Part shown: piece by piece, positions 17,832 to 26,241 of the stretch | How the letters are laid out: each line of letters starts with the position of its first letter | How positions within the stretch are numbered: the first letter of the stretch is position 1 | From: Ignicoccus pacificus DSM 13166 | Lineage (GTDB): Archaea > Thermoproteota > Thermoprotei_A > Sulfolobales > Ignicoccaceae | Direction: 5' to 3' | Assembly: GCA_025340205.1 (NCBI GenBank) | Contig: CP006868.1 | Coordinates: forward strand, 990,001-1,022,000 | DNA length: 32,000 bases | Made by a program: the position numbers and the translations under genes | Notes under the pieces: generated by a model | What the model was told of the DNA's origin: nothing | Database searches by the model: none | The model's input: only the letters and a program-made list of their open reading frames with translations

Positions 17832-18833
17832 ATGCCCTTGCTAAGCTTCGCGATAGCGTTAATGACCTCCTACCTAGTTACGAAAAAGTGGATAGAAATA
17901 GCTCGACGAAGAGGGCTAGTAGGAAAGGACATGAACAAGGAGGGCGACATCAAAGTAGCGGAAGCGGGAGGAATAGGTTTCATAATGGGCTTGGCCATGG
18001 GATTGTTATTTATGGTAGCCGTAAATGCATTCGTCTACGATAACATGAGCAGTATAGTTTACTTACTCGCCTCCTTGTCTGTTGCACTAATGGCTGCCTT
18101 CGTTGGCTTTGTTGACGACGTCTTGGGATGGAAGAAGGGCTTGTCTCATAGGGCAAAGGTGATATCTACCTTACCTATAGCGGTACCGTTAATGGCGGTT
18201 AAGGCCGGAGTCTCAAGGATGAAGATACCCTTCATAGGCTCTATCGATCTTGGAATAGCCTATCCCCTAGTGGTCGTCCCAGTAGGCGTGGTGGGCGCAG
18301 CTAACGCCTTCAACATGATAGCTGGCCTCAACGGCCTTGAAGCGTCGATGTCACTCATAATAAACGGCACCTTAGCGGTGATAGCTCTCACCCACAAGGC
18401 GTGGATATCCTTCGCTGTAGCCATGTCCGTCCTCGGGGCAACGCTCGGATTCTGGATATGGAACAAGTACCCGGCGAAGGTCTTTCCGGGCGACGTGTTC
18501 ACCTATACTAGTGGAGCTTTGATAGCCACGATAGCTATCTTAGGGAACATGGAAGGTCCAGCCTTAATGCTCTTCATTCCATACTTCATTGAGTTGATGC
18601 TATATATCAGGGGTAAGCTAAACGGAGTCGAGAAGGAATCTTGGGGGGTTCCAAGAGGAGGATGCTTGGAACCTCCCTATGACAAATGCTATAGCGTAAC
18701 TCACGTGGCTATGAAGATACTAAAGAAGGTTAAGGGATGTGCTACGGAAAAAGAGGTAGTATTACTCATCAATGCCTTCGAAGCAGTGCTAGCGATAATA
18801 GTACTGTACCTTTACGTCTTTAGAGGTTGGTGA
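17832..18833 (+). CDS. GlcNAc-1-phosphate transferase family protein (ALG7/WecA/MraY-like, GT4)
   Basis: AFVGFVDDVLGWKKGLSHRAK, ANAFNMIAGLNGLEA, VFPGDVFTYTSGALIA with multiple TM helices. ORF track starts at 17802; ATG 17832 (MPLLSFAIAL) is favoured by context. Confidence 0.88.
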   Translation: MPLLSFAIALMTSYLVTKKWIEIARRRGLVGKDMNKEGDIKVAEAGGIGFIMGLAMGLLFMVAVNAFVYDNMSSIVYLLASLSVALMAAFVGFVDDVLGWKKGLSHRAKVISTLPIAVPLMAVKAGVSRMKIPFIGSIDLGIAYPLVVVPVGVVGAANAFNMIAGLNGLEASMSLIINGTLAVIALTHKAWISFAVAMSVLGATLGFWIWNKYPAKVFPGDVFTYTSGALIATIAILGNMEGPALMLFIPYFIELMLYIRGKLNGVEKESWGVPRGGCLEPPYDKCYSVTHVAMKILKKVKGCATEKEVVLLINAFEAVLAIIVLYLYVFRGW

Positions 18834-18872
18834 GCGTTAACCAATAATCCCTCTTCCCTTCCCCCGAGGGGG

Positions 18873-19523
18873 ATGAAGCTGTCTCTCCGCGATCACTTAG
18901 TCAGCGGCAAGCCGATAATGATATTCGACTCACCTTCCAGAGAGGGGGAGGTAGACCTTGTGTTCTACGCAGGTGCAATAACCAAGTCCTCGATATATAC
19001 CTTGAGGACTATGGCTGGAGGTTTGATCTGTTTCGCTACAAGCTTGGAAATCGGAAACAAGTTAGGCTTGAAGTTGGCATATGAATACTTCCGAGAAATC
19101 GGTCTAGGAGAACTCGTCAAGAAGCCCTCTTATGGCGACTACCCAGCTTTCTCTATATGGGTTAATCACAAGTCCGTGAAGACGGGGATAAGCGATGAGG
19201 ATAGGGCAAGAACCATAAAGGCGCTTTATGAGGTCGTTTTACTTGCGATGAAAAACGAGGAAGAGGCTAGGGGAACGTTCCTAGACGAGTTCCAAGCGCC
19301 AGGTCACGTTCCAATATTATTGGCAAAGAGAATAGAAGAGAGAAGGGGTCACACGGAGTTGAGCGTTAGGTTAATGGAAAGGTTAGGCCTTCCGCCAACA
19401 GCAGTGTTCGCCGAGATGTTGGACTATGGGAGATCTATGTCGCTTGAAAAGGCCAAGGAAATAGCGTCCACATTGGGCATCCCCCTCCTCTCCGGAGATG
19501 AAATCCTCAAGCTTTTCTTGTAG
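18873..19523 (+). CDS. ribB: 3,4-dihydroxy-2-butanone 4-phosphate synthase
   Basis: PIMIFDSPSREGEVDLVFYAG, HVPIL with RRGHTELSVRLMERLGLPPTAVFAEML; gagggg SD. Confidence 0.93.
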   Translation: MKLSLRDHLVSGKPIMIFDSPSREGEVDLVFYAGAITKSSIYTLRTMAGGLICFATSLEIGNKLGLKLAYEYFREIGLGELVKKPSYGDYPAFSIWVNHKSVKTGISDEDRARTIKALYEVVLLAMKNEEEARGTFLDEFQAPGHVPILLAKRIEERRGHTELSVRLMERLGLPPTAVFAEMLDYGRSMSLEKAKEIASTLGIPLLSGDEILKLFL

Positions 19524-19575
19524 TGTTGAGAATAAGTTTAAAGCTAACTCTACTCTTACTTACCCGGGAACGCTC

Positions 19576-20076
19576 TTGAGGAGCGCTAGAAAAGGAACAA
19601 TAGAGCTCTACGCCATAGCTGCACTGGGCCTCTTCCTCCTCCTCGCCGCCGCTTACTACTTCTTCTTCATGCCTCACCAGATGAGTCCAGTGCAGAAGGC
19701 AAAGGCCTACAAGGGACTCACCGTCCAGCTCAGGCCGATAAAGACTAAGGTCTGCGTTGGTAACGAGGGCATATTCGAGCTAAGCATAGTCAACCCATTG
19801 CAGAATCCCAAGGCTTACGTACAGCTTGTGATAATGGCTCCTCCCGGAGTTACCGTCTACGCTGGCCAAGGCGTCAAAGGCGGCTCTGGCCTAGTAACTA
19901 CAAGCTTGGTCGTAGATCCCGGCGATGTAGCAACCTTAAGGATAAGGATAATCGCAGTGGAGCCAGGGAAGAAGATAGTGAGTGGCACCGTTTACTACTG
20001 GTTCGAAGGAGAAAGCAAGCAAGATGCCAGAAAGATAGCTCTAGACTTCCCAGTGGAGTTCGTTAACTGCAAGTAA
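19576..20076 (+). CDS. Hypothetical membrane-anchored protein with extracytoplasmic beta domain
   Basis: One N-terminal TM (IELYAIAALGLFLLLAAAYYFFF) then a CARDB-like domain; ORF track start is 19498 but TATA agtttaaa at 19534-19542 suggests TTG 19576. Confidence 0.65.
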   Translation: MRSARKGTIELYAIAALGLFLLLAAAYYFFFMPHQMSPVQKAKAYKGLTVQLRPIKTKVCVGNEGIFELSIVNPLQNPKAYVQLVIMAPPGVTVYAGQGVKGGSGLVTTSLVVDPGDVATLRIRIIAVEPGKKIVSGTVYYWFEGESKQDARKIALDFPVEFVNCK

Positions 20077-20129
20077 CCTTTTTTCAACCAATACGTTTTC
20101 ATATCCTGAGGGATTCCCCTCCCACGGGA

Positions 20130-20549
20130 GTGGAAGAGATGAGGATTGTGGAGCTTTTGAGGGTAGACAGTAAAGGTAGGGTCACCATCCCTAGGACCGT
20201 CCGTGATGCATTGAACATAGTGGAGGGAGGGTATGTAATAATGATAGCCGACTTAAACAAGAACGAGATAGTGCTGACGCCGACTGGAGGAGGTAGTGGG
20301 AGGCTTCTGGACGTGAGAGTGGTCTTCCAGGACGTAAAGGGTAAGTTAGCTGAGATTAGCGAGAAGTTAGCAGAGCTAGGAGTGGACCAGATTTCCACTA
20401 GCTGTAGGACCATAAAGAAGGGTGGAGAAGCGGAGTGTATCTTCGTGATAGAGGTGCCGGAGAATATAAACAAAGAGGATCTCGAAAAGGTATTGAGCGA
20501 GCTTGAAGGAGTTAAGGAGGTCACAATAACGTCAATACCTAGCCACTAA
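20130..20549 (+). CDS. AbrB/MazE-like DNA-binding domain fused to ACT-like domain
   Basis: LLRVDSKGRVTIPRTVRDALNIVEGGYVIMIAD (SpoVT/AbrB) followed by VVFQDVKGKLAEISEKLAELGVDQISTSCRTIKKGGEAECIFVIEV (ACT-like). Confidence 0.8.
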   Translation: MEEMRIVELLRVDSKGRVTIPRTVRDALNIVEGGYVIMIADLNKNEIVLTPTGGGSGRLLDVRVVFQDVKGKLAEISEKLAELGVDQISTSCRTIKKGGEAECIFVIEVPENINKEDLEKVLSELEGVKEVTITSIPSH

Positions 20550-20579
20550 ATTCTCCACGCCTCTCTTTCCCAAAGGTCA

Positions 20580-21275
20580 GTGAAGTTGTGTGAGAGGGCC
20601 GAAAGGTACCTTAGGGGTCTAAAGGAGGTTCTGGATGAGATAGAGTACGATGAAAAGGCGAGGAAGGTCGTGGAACTGGCGAGACTATACGTTGAGGACA
20701 CAATATATTACATTAACAAAGGAGATTGCGAAACCGCCTTGGTAACCGCCTCTTATGCTGAGGGATTGTTGGACGCCCTCAGGATGCTCGGCTTAGCTAG
20801 GTTCTCATGGCCCAAGAGGGAGCAGAAGAGGGTAGTTGTAGGAGGCACCTTCGACTTACTCCACCCAGGTCACGTGGAACTATTTAAGGAAGCCTCTAAG
20901 TACGGAGACGTTATAGCGATAGTGGCTAGGGACGAGACGGTCAAGAGACTTCGCGGAAGGGATCCGGTACTCCCTCAAGAACAGAGGAGATACATGGTCT
21001 CTTCAATAAAGTACGTTAAGGAAGCGATAATTGGAGGGAAAGACCCCATAGAAACGGTAGCTAAGCTCAAGCCTGACTACGTCTTCTTAGGACCCGACCA
21101 GAACTGGGACGAGGAGGAGTTGGAGAGGGCTCTCAGAGAAAGGGGTCTGAACGTTAAGGTAATCAGGATGAAAGGGAAGAAGTGTATTGAAAATGGAGTG
21201 TGCTCTTCGTCAAAGATCATAGAGAGGGTATTGGAGCTCTTCTGCAGAAGAGGGAGAAGGGGTGGCCGGGAGTGA
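20580..21275 (+). CDS. ribL: DUF357-cytidylyltransferase fusion, FAD synthase (RibL)-like
   Basis: N-terminal helical domain then VVVGGTFDLLHPGHVELFKEASKYGDVIAIVARDETV; the family match is strong, the FAD synthase assignment is less certain. Confidence 0.75.
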   Translation: MKLCERAERYLRGLKEVLDEIEYDEKARKVVELARLYVEDTIYYINKGDCETALVTASYAEGLLDALRMLGLARFSWPKREQKRVVVGGTFDLLHPGHVELFKEASKYGDVIAIVARDETVKRLRGRDPVLPQEQRRYMVSSIKYVKEAIIGGKDPIETVAKLKPDYVFLGPDQNWDEEELERALRERGLNVKVIRMKGKKCIENGVCSSSKIIERVLELFCRRGRRGGRE

Positions 21276-21280
21276 CCCGC

Positions 21281-21347
21281 CCCGCGCTCATCGGACCCCG
21301 ACGACACGGGGCAACTAAAGCGCGGGACCGGGGTTCGCATGTACCCC
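21281..21347. other. Structured intergenic segment with a 7x7 internal-loop hairpin; possible guide-type sRNA or transcript-end structure
   Basis: CCCGCGCT 21281-21288 / AGCGCGGG 21319-21326; CCCCG 21296-21300 / CGGGG 21307-21311; two 7-nt internal loop sides; adjacent hairpin GGGGT 21330-21334 / ACCCC 21343-21347. Confidence 0.4.
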
Positions 21348-21367
21348 TTCGTTGAACAAATTAAAAA

Positions 21368-21787
21368 TTACCATCCCAGCAGTCCGCCTATGTCGGCGCT
21401 CTCCTCTGCTTCAGTAGCACACTGGATCGCTAAGGCGCCTATCTTATCAGCGAGCCAAGACCTAATGTAATCTGCCTTCTTCTCCTCGACCACGTAGAGA
21501 TCGCTAAGCTGAGACTCACCGCACCTTCCAGCGAACCTGGCCTCTATCATGCCCTTTCCTCTCTTACCGAAGGTAACCTCTACCTTCATCTCGTAGGTTC
21601 CGGGCTTCACCTTTCTCTTTTCTCCCCCAGCGCTTATCTCGCCCTCACCTACTTCGAACTTTATGATCATGCTTAGGGATCCCTCTCCCTCCTCCACTTG
21701 TACTTCTACGTTCTTCAGTATGTTCTCACCAAAGACGGAGGTGAGACCCTTCTTGGCTTGCTTCTCAGCAGACCTAGCGCTTATCAT
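21368..21787 (-). CDS. Hypothetical protein (139 aa)
   Basis: ORF track extends to 22066, but the N-terminal part overlaps folE and lies beyond a reverse-strand TATA-like catttaag near 21821-21829; ATG 21787 (MISARSAEKQAKKGLTSVFGEN) is preferred. Confidence 0.65.
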   Translation of the reverse strand: MISARSAEKQAKKGLTSVFGENILKNVEVQVEEGEGSLSMIIKFEVGEGEISAGGEKRKVKPGTYEMKVEVTFGKRGKGMIEARFAGRCGESQLSDLYVVEEKKADYIRSWLADKIGALAIQCATEAEESADIGGLLGW

Positions 21788-21980
21788 GCTATACCGCCTC
21801 GGGCACCAAGATTCAAGAGGGCTTAAATGAGAAGCGGCTTGAAGCTCATGAGATTTCCGATGAGGAGTGGGTGAGCTGGAGCGACGTGATGAGCTCAGAG
21901 GGTGACACCGAGGGGCACGTGAAAAATCCCCCGTAGATCGCTTCCCATGGTGAGGGGATACGGAAGATCTCGAGAGGCTG

Positions 21981-22514
21981 GTGAAGGAGATACTGAAAGA
22001 GATGGGGGAGGACCCGGAGAGGCCGGGATTAAAGGAGACGCCGAGAAGATACGTCAACGCGTTCAAGGAGCTGCTCAGAGGACTCCAAGAACCGGAACCG
22101 GAACTGAAGACCTTTCACTCGGAGTATGAGCTCGGTGACAAGGACCTAATAGTGGTGAAGAACATATCCTTTAGTTCCCTTTGCGAACATCACTTGCTCC
22201 CGATAATGGGAAGAGTAACGGTAGTCTATCATCCTAAGAGAAATGAGGTAATAGGCTTAAGCAAAATACCCAGAATAGTCAAGTGGTTAGCCAAGAGACC
22301 CCTTCTCCAAGAAAGGTTTACAGCTCAAGTGGCTGATAAGATAATGAGTGCCGGAGCCAGGGGAGTCTACGTGCTCGTGAGGGCTAGACATAGCTGCGTG
22401 GCCGTCAGAGGAGTGGAAGATCCAGATGTGGAGATGGTAACGGAAGCCGTCAGAGGAACCATCGCGGAGGACGAAATGTTACTAAATAGGGCCAGAAGGC
22501 TCGCTATGGATTGA
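21981..22514 (+). CDS. folE: GTP cyclohydrolase I, type I (FolE)
   Basis: DPERPGLKETPRRYVNAFKELLRG, FSSLCEHHLLPIMGRVTVVYHP, GLSKIPRIVKWLAKRPLLQERFTAQVAD, RHSCVAVRGVED. Confidence 0.95.
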   Translation: MKEILKEMGEDPERPGLKETPRRYVNAFKELLRGLQEPEPELKTFHSEYELGDKDLIVVKNISFSSLCEHHLLPIMGRVTVVYHPKRNEVIGLSKIPRIVKWLAKRPLLQERFTAQVADKIMSAGARGVYVLVRARHSCVAVRGVEDPDVEMVTEAVRGTIAEDEMLLNRARRLAMD

Positions 22515-23350
22515 GGATGAACGTCAACTACAAGTTCAGAGGATTCCCTGTAATAAACAGACCTTGGTTAGAGCAACTCCTCAAAGGGAAGAAATCAATA
22601 AATGAGAACGGAATAATTTTAACTATCGAGATTATGGATAGAGAGGTTAAGCTAGGCCCCCTCGTCACAAGCCTTTCCGAATTAAGAAAAGCGATGGAAT
22701 TTATGGGTACCGAGATGTATGCTGTGACGGAGAAGGGTCTCGTTCCCTTGGAGATAAGGGGAGAGCACTTCTACAGGCTCAGAGGCTTGGAGAAGGTAGG
22801 TCCGCCTACGATAGAGATAAACGGAATCCACATGCATAGAGTAAGTAAGGTCGATCCTTGGAGCGACACTTTGAGTAAAGTGAGACCCTTGAACATAAGG
22901 AAAGGTGATAGAGTGTTAGATACATGTATGGGATTGGGGTATACAGCAATAGCCTCGCTCAAGAGGGGTGCCAAGGTAATAACAGTCGAGAAGAGCGATG
23001 AGGTTCTCTGGTTGGCTCAGTGGAACCCTTGGTCGAGGGAACTCGAGGAGGTAGAGGTACTGAAGGGGGACGTAGCTGAGCTGATCAAGGACATGGAAGA
23101 TGAGAGCTTCGACAAGATAATTCATGACCCCCCAGTAATAACCATGGCCGGACACTTGTATTCCAAGGAATTTTACGAAGAGCTGTACCGTGTGCTAAAG
23201 GTTGGCGGCAAGCTCTTCCATTATACGGGTAATACTGGAAGGAGAAGGGGAATCGACCTAGCTAGGGGAGTCATGGAGAGGTTGAGGGAGGTGGGTTTCG
23301 AGGTTAAGAGGTACGAAAAGGCCCTAGGAGTCTTGGCAATAAAGGGATAG
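22511..23350 (+). CDS. SAM-dependent methyltransferase (archaeal family)
   Basis: GDRVLDTCMGLGYTAIASLKRGAKVITVEKS, DKIIHDPPV, RVLKVGGKLFHYTG; ATG 22517 is an alternative start. Confidence 0.85.
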   Translation: MRMNVNYKFRGFPVINRPWLEQLLKGKKSINENGIILTIEIMDREVKLGPLVTSLSELRKAMEFMGTEMYAVTEKGLVPLEIRGEHFYRLRGLEKVGPPTIEINGIHMHRVSKVDPWSDTLSKVRPLNIRKGDRVLDTCMGLGYTAIASLKRGAKVITVEKSDEVLWLAQWNPWSRELEEVEVLKGDVAELIKDMEDESFDKIIHDPPVITMAGHLYSKEFYEELYRVLKVGGKLFHYTGNTGRRRGIDLARGVMERLREVGFEVKRYEKALGVLAIKG

Positions 23351-23352
23351 GG

Positions 23353-24672
23353 TTACTCCAACCTTATCCCAACTAAGTTCAAGTACTCCTTGAATCTCTC
23401 CTTCGCCTCTGGTACGTCCTCAAGTTTGTATCCGTAATGTACCTCCAGGAAGTTCTTCCTGAGCTCTATTACGTCCTTCCTAACCTTCTCTGGCTCCTCG
23501 CCGTTGAGTACCCTTACTATTAGCCTAGCTATCTCCCTCATTTCGTCCTCCTTCATACCCCATCTGGTCATCTCTTGAACTCCTAACCTTATCCCGCTAG
23601 GATTGGCTATCGCGTCCGGAGGATCCCAAGGCAATAGGTTCTTGTTGGCGATTATGTAGGCATCCTCCATCCTCTTGACCGGCTCAGCGGCTCCGCCTCT
23701 GTCGGAGAGGTCTATAACCACTTGGTGCGTTCTAGTGAAGCCCAAGTGCTCTCCAAGAACCTTTACGCCCTGGGCGTGGAGCTCCTCTGCTAAGGCCTTG
23801 GCGTTCTTGAGTATCTGAGAAGCATATGCCTCTCCGAACTCCATCATTTCAGCAGCGGTCACTGCTAAGGGAGCCAAGCGGTGAGCATGATGATTGCTCA
23901 CGAAGACGGGGAAGACCACCCTAGAAGCCTTCTTGTATAAGTCTTTCTCATTAGTTAGTATTACACCGCCTTGAGGACCGGGGAAGGTCTTGTGAGTAGA
24001 AGCGGTTATGACGTCAGCTCCCTCCTTGATCGGGTGCTCCAATGCCTTTCCTGCTATTAGGCCTAGGACGTGGGCGGCGTCGTAAACTACCTTGGCGCCG
24101 ACGGAGTGAGCCGCCTCGGCGATCTCCTTCACAGGGTGAGGGAAGGGATACATGCTTCCTCCGAGTACCACGAAGGCAGGCTTGATCTCCTCTATCATTT
24201 TTATCGCTTTATCTACGTCTATATTCAAGTTCTCCTTATCATAAGGCATCTCTATTTGCTCTATCCCTAAGGCTCCCAATATTCCGAACTTAGTATGGGA
24301 GACGTGGGACCCCGCCTGAACGGGAGGGATGAGAGCCTTCTTGCCGCATCCTCCTAGGACGTAGAAGATCGTTCCGTTGGCAGTCGTGCCGCTTATAGGC
24401 CTTACCTCAGCATATTCTACCTCGAATAGCTTTTTCATGAGATCAGTGGCTAACAACTCTATTTCGTCTATGTACTTCGTCCCTTGGTAGTACCTCTTCT
24501 TGGGCTTCCCCTCAGCATATCTATGCATCATGTCGTTTAAATACAAGCTCTCCGCTAGGGGACTCATGACGTTCTCGCTGGCAATCAAGTTTATTGTCTT
24601 GTGCCTCCACTCGTCGTGCGTTCTCGTTATATTTACTATCTGTGAGAGTACGTCTCTCAAGGTTAAACCCAA
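23353..24672 (-). CDS. glyA: Serine hydroxymethyltransferase
   Basis: [39 protein letters not shown]-lysine region [26 protein letters not shown]; SD aggagg just before TTG 24672. Confidence 0.97.
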   Translation of the reverse strand: MGLTLRDVLSQIVNITRTHDEWRHKTINLIASENVMSPLAESLYLNDMMHRYAEGKPKKRYYQGTKYIDEIELLATDLMKKLFEVEYAEVRPISGTTANGTIFYVLGGCGKKALIPPVQAGSHVSHTKFGILGALGIEQIEMPYDKENLNIDVDKAIKMIEEIKPAFVVLGGSMYPFPHPVKEIAEAAHSVGAKVVYDAAHVLGLIAGKALEHPIKEGADVITASTHKTFPGPQGGVILTNEKDLYKKASRVVFPVFVSNHHAHRLAPLAVTAAEMMEFGEAYASQILKNAKALAEELHAQGVKVLGEHLGFTRTHQVVIDLSDRGGAAEPVKRMEDAYIIANKNLLPWDPPDAIANPSGIRLGVQEMTRWGMKEDEMREIARLIVRVLNGEEPEKVRKDVIELRKNFLEVHYGYKLEDVPEAKERFKEYLNLVGIRLE

Positions 24673-24859
24673 CGATCCTCCTCTGGCGCCTTATTTTCCC
24701 TAACCCTCTCCAGAAGGCCTTGATCCAGCTGGGAGGGGGCTCTAGATCCCTCCATTCTCCTATATAGATTTGGTAAACGTCGTCCTCCGTGACAACAGAA
24801 ACTATGAGTAAGTCCTCGAGTAATGTGAACCTATAACCAGATTCCACGAACTCCAGCAA
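24521..24859 (-). CDS. Hypothetical protein overlapping the 5' end of glyA
   Basis: 112-codon ORF ([38 protein letters not shown]...); reverse-strand TATA attttaagtt at 24881-24890 centred about 27 bp before TTG 24859. Confidence 0.5.
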   Translation of the reverse strand: MLEFVESGYRFTLLEDLLIVSVVTEDDVYQIYIGEWRDLEPPPSWIKAFWRGLGKIRRQRRIVGFNLERRTLTDSKYNENARRVEAQDNKLDCQRERHESPSGELVFKRHDA

Positions 24860-24880
24860 CCTCCCCCCTACTTTCAGCCC

Positions 24881-24890
24881 AACTTAAAAT
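24881..24890 (-). promoter_or_regulatory. Putative TATA box for the 24521-24859 / glyA transcript
   Basis: Reverse-strand attttaagtt at leaderless spacing from TTG 24859. Confidence 0.5.
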
Positions 24891-24960
24891 CCATGTAGTG
24901 TAAACCGAAACTATTTCTCCTCATTATACCCCCTGCTTTCCTCTTCAGGGGACAGAGGAG

Positions 24961-25854
24961 GTGGAGAAGCTCAAAGCTTATCTGGAGCTGGTGAGGGCAC
25001 ATAACTTGTTGGCGACCGCCTTAGGAGTCATCGCTGGCTCGATGCTCGTGGTGAAGCCCCTCCTAGTTCCGGCACTCATAGCTATAATAACTGCCGTCAT
25101 GATAGCGGCTGCTGGATACGCTATAAACGATTACTTTGATATAGAAATAGATAAAATAAATAAGCCAGAGAGACCTATACCTTCCGGCAGAATCTCCCCA
25201 AGAGAAGCGTTGCTACTATCTTATCCCCTCTTCTTCTTAGCCCCTCTGATAGCTCTCATAGTAGGGATATTCACGGCCCTCTTTGCGGCAATCAACAGCG
25301 TGCTTATGTATTTCTACTCTAGGAGCCTAAAGAGAATGGGACTAATTGGGAACTTAGTTGTGGCGTTCTCAACGGCTGCTACCTTGTTTTACGGAGCTCT
25401 AGCTCAAGTGGAGTGGATTAAGGAGTGGAAGGTTTTAGCATTAATAATGCCGGTAGTTCTAATGACGTTCTTCTTAGGACTAGCGAGGGAGATAGTGAAG
25501 GGTGTCGAGGATTACTATGGAGATAAGGCAAACAACGTCAGAACGCTGGCGGTGGTCTGGGGTCCCCATAAGGCGTTAAAGACGGCATTGATATTAACAA
25601 TAGTATCTATTATAATGGCTATCATAAGCTTCTTCACGACCCCATTGTCATACTTGTTCTTGGCGCTTACCGTGAGCGCCGGTATAGCCTCAGTGATATC
25701 CATCGCTAAGGCGATGAAAGGAAAGGACCCAGTTAGCGCGGCAAAGGTACCTAGGAGGGTAATGAAAATAGCAATGTTCGTAGGACTAATAGCAATAATA
25801 CTGGATAGGTCCCTCTCACTTGCCCTCCTTGGGTATAAGGCAGAGGAAGCGTAG
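24961..25854 (+). CDS. UbiA family prenyltransferase, probable digeranylgeranylglyceryl phosphate synthase
   Basis: AGYAINDYFDIEIDKINKPERPIPSGRIS and LAREIVKGVEDYYGDKANNVRTLAVVWG motifs in a polytopic membrane protein. Confidence 0.88.
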   Translation: MEKLKAYLELVRAHNLLATALGVIAGSMLVVKPLLVPALIAIITAVMIAAAGYAINDYFDIEIDKINKPERPIPSGRISPREALLLSYPLFFLAPLIALIVGIFTALFAAINSVLMYFYSRSLKRMGLIGNLVVAFSTAATLFYGALAQVEWIKEWKVLALIMPVVLMTFFLGLAREIVKGVEDYYGDKANNVRTLAVVWGPHKALKTALILTIVSIIMAIISFFTTPLSYLFLALTVSAGIASVISIAKAMKGKDPVSAAKVPRRVMKIAMFVGLIAIILDRSLSLALLGYKAEEA

Positions 25855-26175
25855 GGTTTCGTTTCCTATGTTCTTGTAGTAATGCTTGCTGCAAGGAGGT
25901 ATGTAGATAGCATCGCCCTCCTTAACCTTGTACTCCTTTCCGTTAATCCTTATTAGAGCCTCTCCCTTCAGCACGAATATCTCGTGCTCCCAAGGGTGGG
26001 AGTGTTCGAATATCTCTCCTCCCGGCTCCACTTCGAAGACCCTCATGTAGAAGTTCGGAACCTCGTTGGGACCGAAGATCCACCTTATGGTAGTTTTAGT
26101 TGCCTTGTCGCTTGGAACCTCCTTTGCTTCCACGGACTCCCAGCTCTTTATCTTCTCCTCACACACCAAACCCAT
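25816..26175 (-). CDS. Cupin domain protein
   Basis: EVEPGGEIFEHSHPWEHEIFVLKGEALIRINGKEYKVKEGDAIYIPPCSKHYYKN. Confidence 0.92.
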   Translation of the reverse strand: MGLVCEEKIKSWESVEAKEVPSDKATKTTIRWIFGPNEVPNFYMRVFEVEPGGEIFEHSHPWEHEIFVLKGEALIRINGKEYKVKEGDAIYIPPCSKHYYKNIGNETLRFLCLIPKEGK

Positions 26176-26241
26176 CGACCCCTTACCCCTCCCGAAATAC
26201 CATTGTATTAAGCTAGCGCCCGTCTACCCTAGCGATGGGAC

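Noticed and set aside
21329-21347. CCGGGGTTCGCATGTACCCC as a tRNA T-arm
   Set aside because: The loop is 8 nt with a GGGGT/ACCCC stem and no acceptor, D or anticodon arms in register, so it is not a tRNA.
21840-21910. GTGATGA with nearby GATGAG as a possible C/D box sRNA
   Set aside because: A C-box-like GTGATGA is at 21886-21892, but I found no correctly placed CUGA D or D' boxes on the same strand.
21788-22066. N-terminal extension of the 21368 ORF on the reverse strand
   Set aside because: The extra N-terminus overlaps the folE 5' region and its promoter; composition looks non-coding and an internal ATG with a TATA-like site is available.
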